This document shows, piece by piece, positions 60,983 to 64,000 of a stretch of DNA of 64,000 nt. The stretch is taken from sequence record SRR22947727_495. One strand, written 5' to 3'. The notes below the pieces were generated by a model. It was not told the DNA's origin, did no database searches, and saw nothing but the letters and a program-made list of their open reading frames with translations. Both the position numbers and the translations under genes were made by a program. Numbering within the stretch: the first letter of the stretch is position 1; each line of letters starts with the position of its first letter.

Positions 60983-61711
60983 ATGGCCTATGCAGTGCAA
61001 TGGATTCGCTCTTTGCTGTTCAACATTCAGATGTATGTGGCAATGGTCATCGTGGCTATCGTCTTTCTGATTCCCATGATCTTCAGCCAAAAAGGCGCCT
61101 CGCTTGCGGCCAATGTCTATTGCTGGTGGGTGGTATGGTCAGCCCGTTGGATGATTGGACTCAAAGTCCAAGTGCGCGGCACGGTTCCAACAGGCGAAGT
61201 CTTGATCGCCGCCAAACACCAATCCTTTTTCGATATCATTGTGATTTTCAACTGCCTGGAGCGGTCGAAGTTCATCATGAAGCGACAACTGCTGTTTACG
61301 CCCATTGTTGGCCAATACGCCTATCGTTTGGGATGCATTCCTGTGAATCGTGGCAAGGGAGCGGCTGCCATACGCAAAATGCTTGCCGATGTTGCCTCCG
61401 GCCGCGTGGCGCCAGGGCAATTGGTGATCTACCCGCAAGGCACGCGGGTCGCGCCAGGCGACAAGAAGGTCTATAAGATGGGCTCGGGTGTTTTGTATCG
61501 TGAATTGCAGCAAGATTGCGTGCCGGTGGCTCTGAATACGGGGATTTTTTGGCCAAAACGCAGCATTTACCGCAAGCCGGGCATCGCGACCGTCGAGTTC
61601 ATGGAGCCGATCCCAAAGGGCAAACCTGTGGCGGAGTTCATGGAATTGATGGAAGCGGCCGTGGAAGGGCGCTCACGCGAATTGATGGCCGAAGTGGGGT
61701 TCTACGAGTGA
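60983..61711 (+). CDS. plsC: 1-acyl-sn-glycerol-3-phosphate acyltransferase
   Basis: KHQSFFD, IYPQGTR, VPVALN. Confidence 0.88.
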   Translation: MAYAVQWIRSLLFNIQMYVAMVIVAIVFLIPMIFSQKGASLAANVYCWWVVWSARWMIGLKVQVRGTVPTGEVLIAAKHQSFFDIIVIFNCLERSKFIMKRQLLFTPIVGQYAYRLGCIPVNRGKGAAAIRKMLADVASGRVAPGQLVIYPQGTRVAPGDKKVYKMGSGVLYRELQQDCVPVALNTGIFWPKRSIYRKPGIATVEFMEPIPKGKPVAEFMELMEAAVEGRSRELMAEVGFYE

Positions 61712-61970
61712 GGCTGCGCCACGGGTTGGCGATGAACCCGTCGCGGAATTCTAAGACAATAAGGTTCAAATCGGACATGGCGTAGCATCGCTGCGCCCGT
61801 TTCAGATTCAGTGCATGGTGTGAAAATCAGCGTCGCGTATAATGTGTGAAAGGCCGGGCAAGCTGGCTCTGCGTGATGGGTTTTGCGGAAATTGGTTGAC
61901 GTGAGTTTTGCCTTGAAATCGGGTGTCCTGGCTTCTACGGTTTCACATAATACACCACAAGGAGCGTAAA

Positions 61971-62360
61971 ATGTACTTTGGATACAGCATTATATATGTT
62001 GCAAGTGTTCCTGAAACCCTGGCCTTCTATGACAAGGCGTTTGGATTGCAAACGGGTTTCCTCCATGAAAGTGAACTTTATGGAGAGCTCAAAACCGGTG
62101 CCACAACCCTGGCTTTTGCGGCCGATGAAATGGCAAAGGTAAATGGCTTGCCTATGCGCCCCAATCGCGCTGATGAGAGACCTGCGGGCTATGAGATTGC
62201 CTTGGTCACGGATGACCCGGAAAGCGCTTTTGACAAGGCCGTGAGTGCCGGCGCTGTGGCTGTGACCGCACCGCAAGCAAAGCCTTGGGGGCAAATTGTA
62301 GGTTACCTGCGCGATAATAATGGGTGTCTTGTCGAAATTTGTTCGCGGATCGGGGGATGA
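61971..62360 (+). CDS. VOC/glyoxalase family protein
   Basis: AAGGAG RBS; AFYDKAFG, KPWGQIVGYLRDNNGCLVEI. Confidence 0.88.
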   Translation: MYFGYSIIYVASVPETLAFYDKAFGLQTGFLHESELYGELKTGATTLAFAADEMAKVNGLPMRPNRADERPAGYEIALVTDDPESAFDKAVSAGAVAVTAPQAKPWGQIVGYLRDNNGCLVEICSRIGG

Positions 62361-62400
62361 CAGATGCTGCCTTCGAAATTTCAAAGCAACTGGGGGCGCC

Positions 62401-63024
62401 ATGAGTGATCGGATTTTAAATTTGGCGCAGCTTGAGGCGCTTTATGACGAGCCTTCGCGCAACAGCTTGGTCAAAGTCGCGCGACATATTACGCCGGAAT
62501 ATGGCGCTTGGATCGAGGCCGCGCGGTTTTGTGTATTGAGCACAGTGGGCCCTGACGGCACCGATGGCAGCCCGCGCGGGGATGCGGATCCAGTTGTGCA
62601 TATCCAAGATCCGCAGACCCTCCTTATGCCCGATTGGCGCGGCAATAACCGTTTGGATTCCCTGCGCAATATAGTCGAAGATGGCCGGGTGTCTCTCATG
62701 TTCATGGTGCCCGGAAATTCGAATGTGGTACGCGTCAATGGCGATGCGCATCTTTCGGTGTCGGCGGCGCATCTTGCAAGGTTTGAGCGCAATGGCCAGC
62801 ACCCACGCAGCCTGGTCGTGATATCCGTATCGGAGGTTTACAGCCAATGCGCCCGGGCGATCTTGCGGTCGGGGCTTTGGCAGGGGCAGGCTGCGCCTGA
62901 TCTGCCGAGCATGGGCGATATTTTGCAAGCTCAAACTGCCGCAGCGGCCGAGCAGTCGGCACGGATCGACAGTGCGACCTATGAAAAAGACTGGCAGGCC
63001 CGGGTGACAAAATCTATGTGGTGA
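62401..63024 (+). CDS. Pyridoxamine 5'-phosphate oxidase family FMN-binding protein
   Basis: DGSPRGD, PDWRGNNRLDSLRNI, QCARAILRSGLW. Confidence 0.88.
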   Translation: MSDRILNLAQLEALYDEPSRNSLVKVARHITPEYGAWIEAARFCVLSTVGPDGTDGSPRGDADPVVHIQDPQTLLMPDWRGNNRLDSLRNIVEDGRVSLMFMVPGNSNVVRVNGDAHLSVSAAHLARFERNGQHPRSLVVISVSEVYSQCARAILRSGLWQGQAAPDLPSMGDILQAQTAAAAEQSARIDSATYEKDWQARVTKSMW

Positions 63025-63038
63025 GCTGGGGTCGGCCC

Positions 63039-64000
63039 TTAGCTTGCCAAACCCTTGGTGCCCATATCTAGGAATTTTTGCCGCCGATCTTTCATCAAAC
63101 TGTCTGGCTTTTTCTTGCCAAGCTCGTCGAGCAATTTGGCCAAAGTCTGTCCAACCGCTTGCATGGTGGATTTCGGGTCGCGATGCGCGCCGCCCTTTGG
63201 CTCTGCAATGATTTGATCGCAAATGCCTAATGTCGTGAGGTCCTGCGCTGTGAGACGCAGCGCCTCAGCCGCTTCGCGCATTTTTTCGGCGTCTTTCCAA
63301 AGGATGGAAGCGCAGCCCTCCGGGCTGATGACCGAGTAAATCGAATGCTCAAGCATCACCAAACGGTTGGCCGTAGCAAAGGCCACCGCCCCACCTGATC
63401 CGCCTTCGCCAATAATGACAGAGATCAGAGGCACTGTCAGCTGCAAGCATTTTTCTGTTGATCGGGCAATAGCTTCGGATTGACCGCGCTCTTCTGCGCC
63501 CTTGCCGGGAAAGGCGCCGGGGGTATCGACCAGGGAGATGACGGGCAGGCCAAACCGGTTGGCCAGATCCATCAAGCGGATGGCTTTGCGATAGCCTTCT
63601 GGCCGCGCCATGCCAAAATTGCGGGCGATGCGCGATTTGGTATCATGCCCTTTTTCATGACCAATGACCACAACAGGCCGGTCACCCAAACGGGCCAACC
63701 CGCCCATGATGGAATGATCATCGGCAAAATTGCGATCCCCGGCCAGCGGGGTGTATTCTTGGAACAGCTCTTGAATATAATCTTTACAATGGGGCCGATC
63801 AGGATGGCGCGCCACCTGGCATTTGCGCCAAGGGGTGAGCTTGGCATAAAGCTCATCGAGCAAGGCACGCGCTTTTTTGTCCAGCGCTTTGGCCTCAGCC
63901 TCAATGTCCATATCCTCATTATCACGGCCCATAGCGCGCAGCTCTTCAGCCTTGCCTTCGATCTCTGCTAAGGGGCGTTCAAATTCAAGATAGTTGGTCA
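63039..64000 (-). CDS. accA: Acetyl-CoA carboxylase carboxyltransferase subunit alpha; only the first base of the probable ATG lies beyond the window
   Basis: (M)[44 protein letters not shown]. Confidence 0.96.
   Translation of the reverse strand, partial: TNYLEFERPLAEIEGKAEELRAMGRDNEDMDIEAEAKALDKKARALLDELYAKLTPWRKCQVARHPDRPHCKDYIQELFQEYTPLAGDRNFADDHSIMGGLARLGDRPVVVIGHEKGHDTKSRIARNFGMARPEGYRKAIRLMDLANRFGLPVISLVDTPGAFPGKGAEERGQSEAIARSTEKCLQLTVPLISVIIGEGGSGGAVAFATANRLVMLEHSIYSVISPEGCASILWKDAEKMREAAEALRLTAQDLTTLGICDQIIAEPKGGAHRDPKSTMQAVGQTLAKLLDELGKKKPDSLMKDRRQKFLDMGTKGLAS

Noticed and set aside
61712-61970. 259-bp gap before the VOC gene as possible sRNA or gene remnant
   Set aside because: No convincing structure, terminator or coding signal seen.
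1-64000. CRISPR arrays, rRNA genes, prophage or defence-system clusters
   Set aside because: No regularly spaced repeats or hallmark genes seen; nearly all of the sequence is explained by housekeeping genes.

Overview
A gene-dense, mostly housekeeping chromosomal segment. Gene content and order point to a Roseobacter-group (Rhodobacteraceae) alphaproteobacterium; this is an inference. The window opens inside a tRNA-Trp and ends one base short of the accA start. Between them lie a Slam-like outer-membrane protein, peptide and ABC-2 transporters, uvrC-pgsA-moaDE, ubiA, rsmE, gshA, pyrB-pyrC-plsY, an RND pair, fdhD-mobAB-moeA, greA, ETF-QO, ispE, phbAB, argH-lysA and plsC. The one clearly accessory piece is a 1006-bp non-autonomous element (33086-34091). 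It has 25-bp terminal inverted repeats, a near-perfect 8-bp target duplication, a startless C-terminal IS1595-type transposase fragment, a structured leader and two passenger ORFs. Other notable points: an AT-rich intergenic region with DnaA boxes upstream of uvrC (candidate oriC), three small proteins missed by the ORF track, no ftsEX at its usual locus, and EAL and uracil-DNA glycosylase proteins with degenerate catalytic motifs. All calls come from motif recognition by eye; no searches were run.
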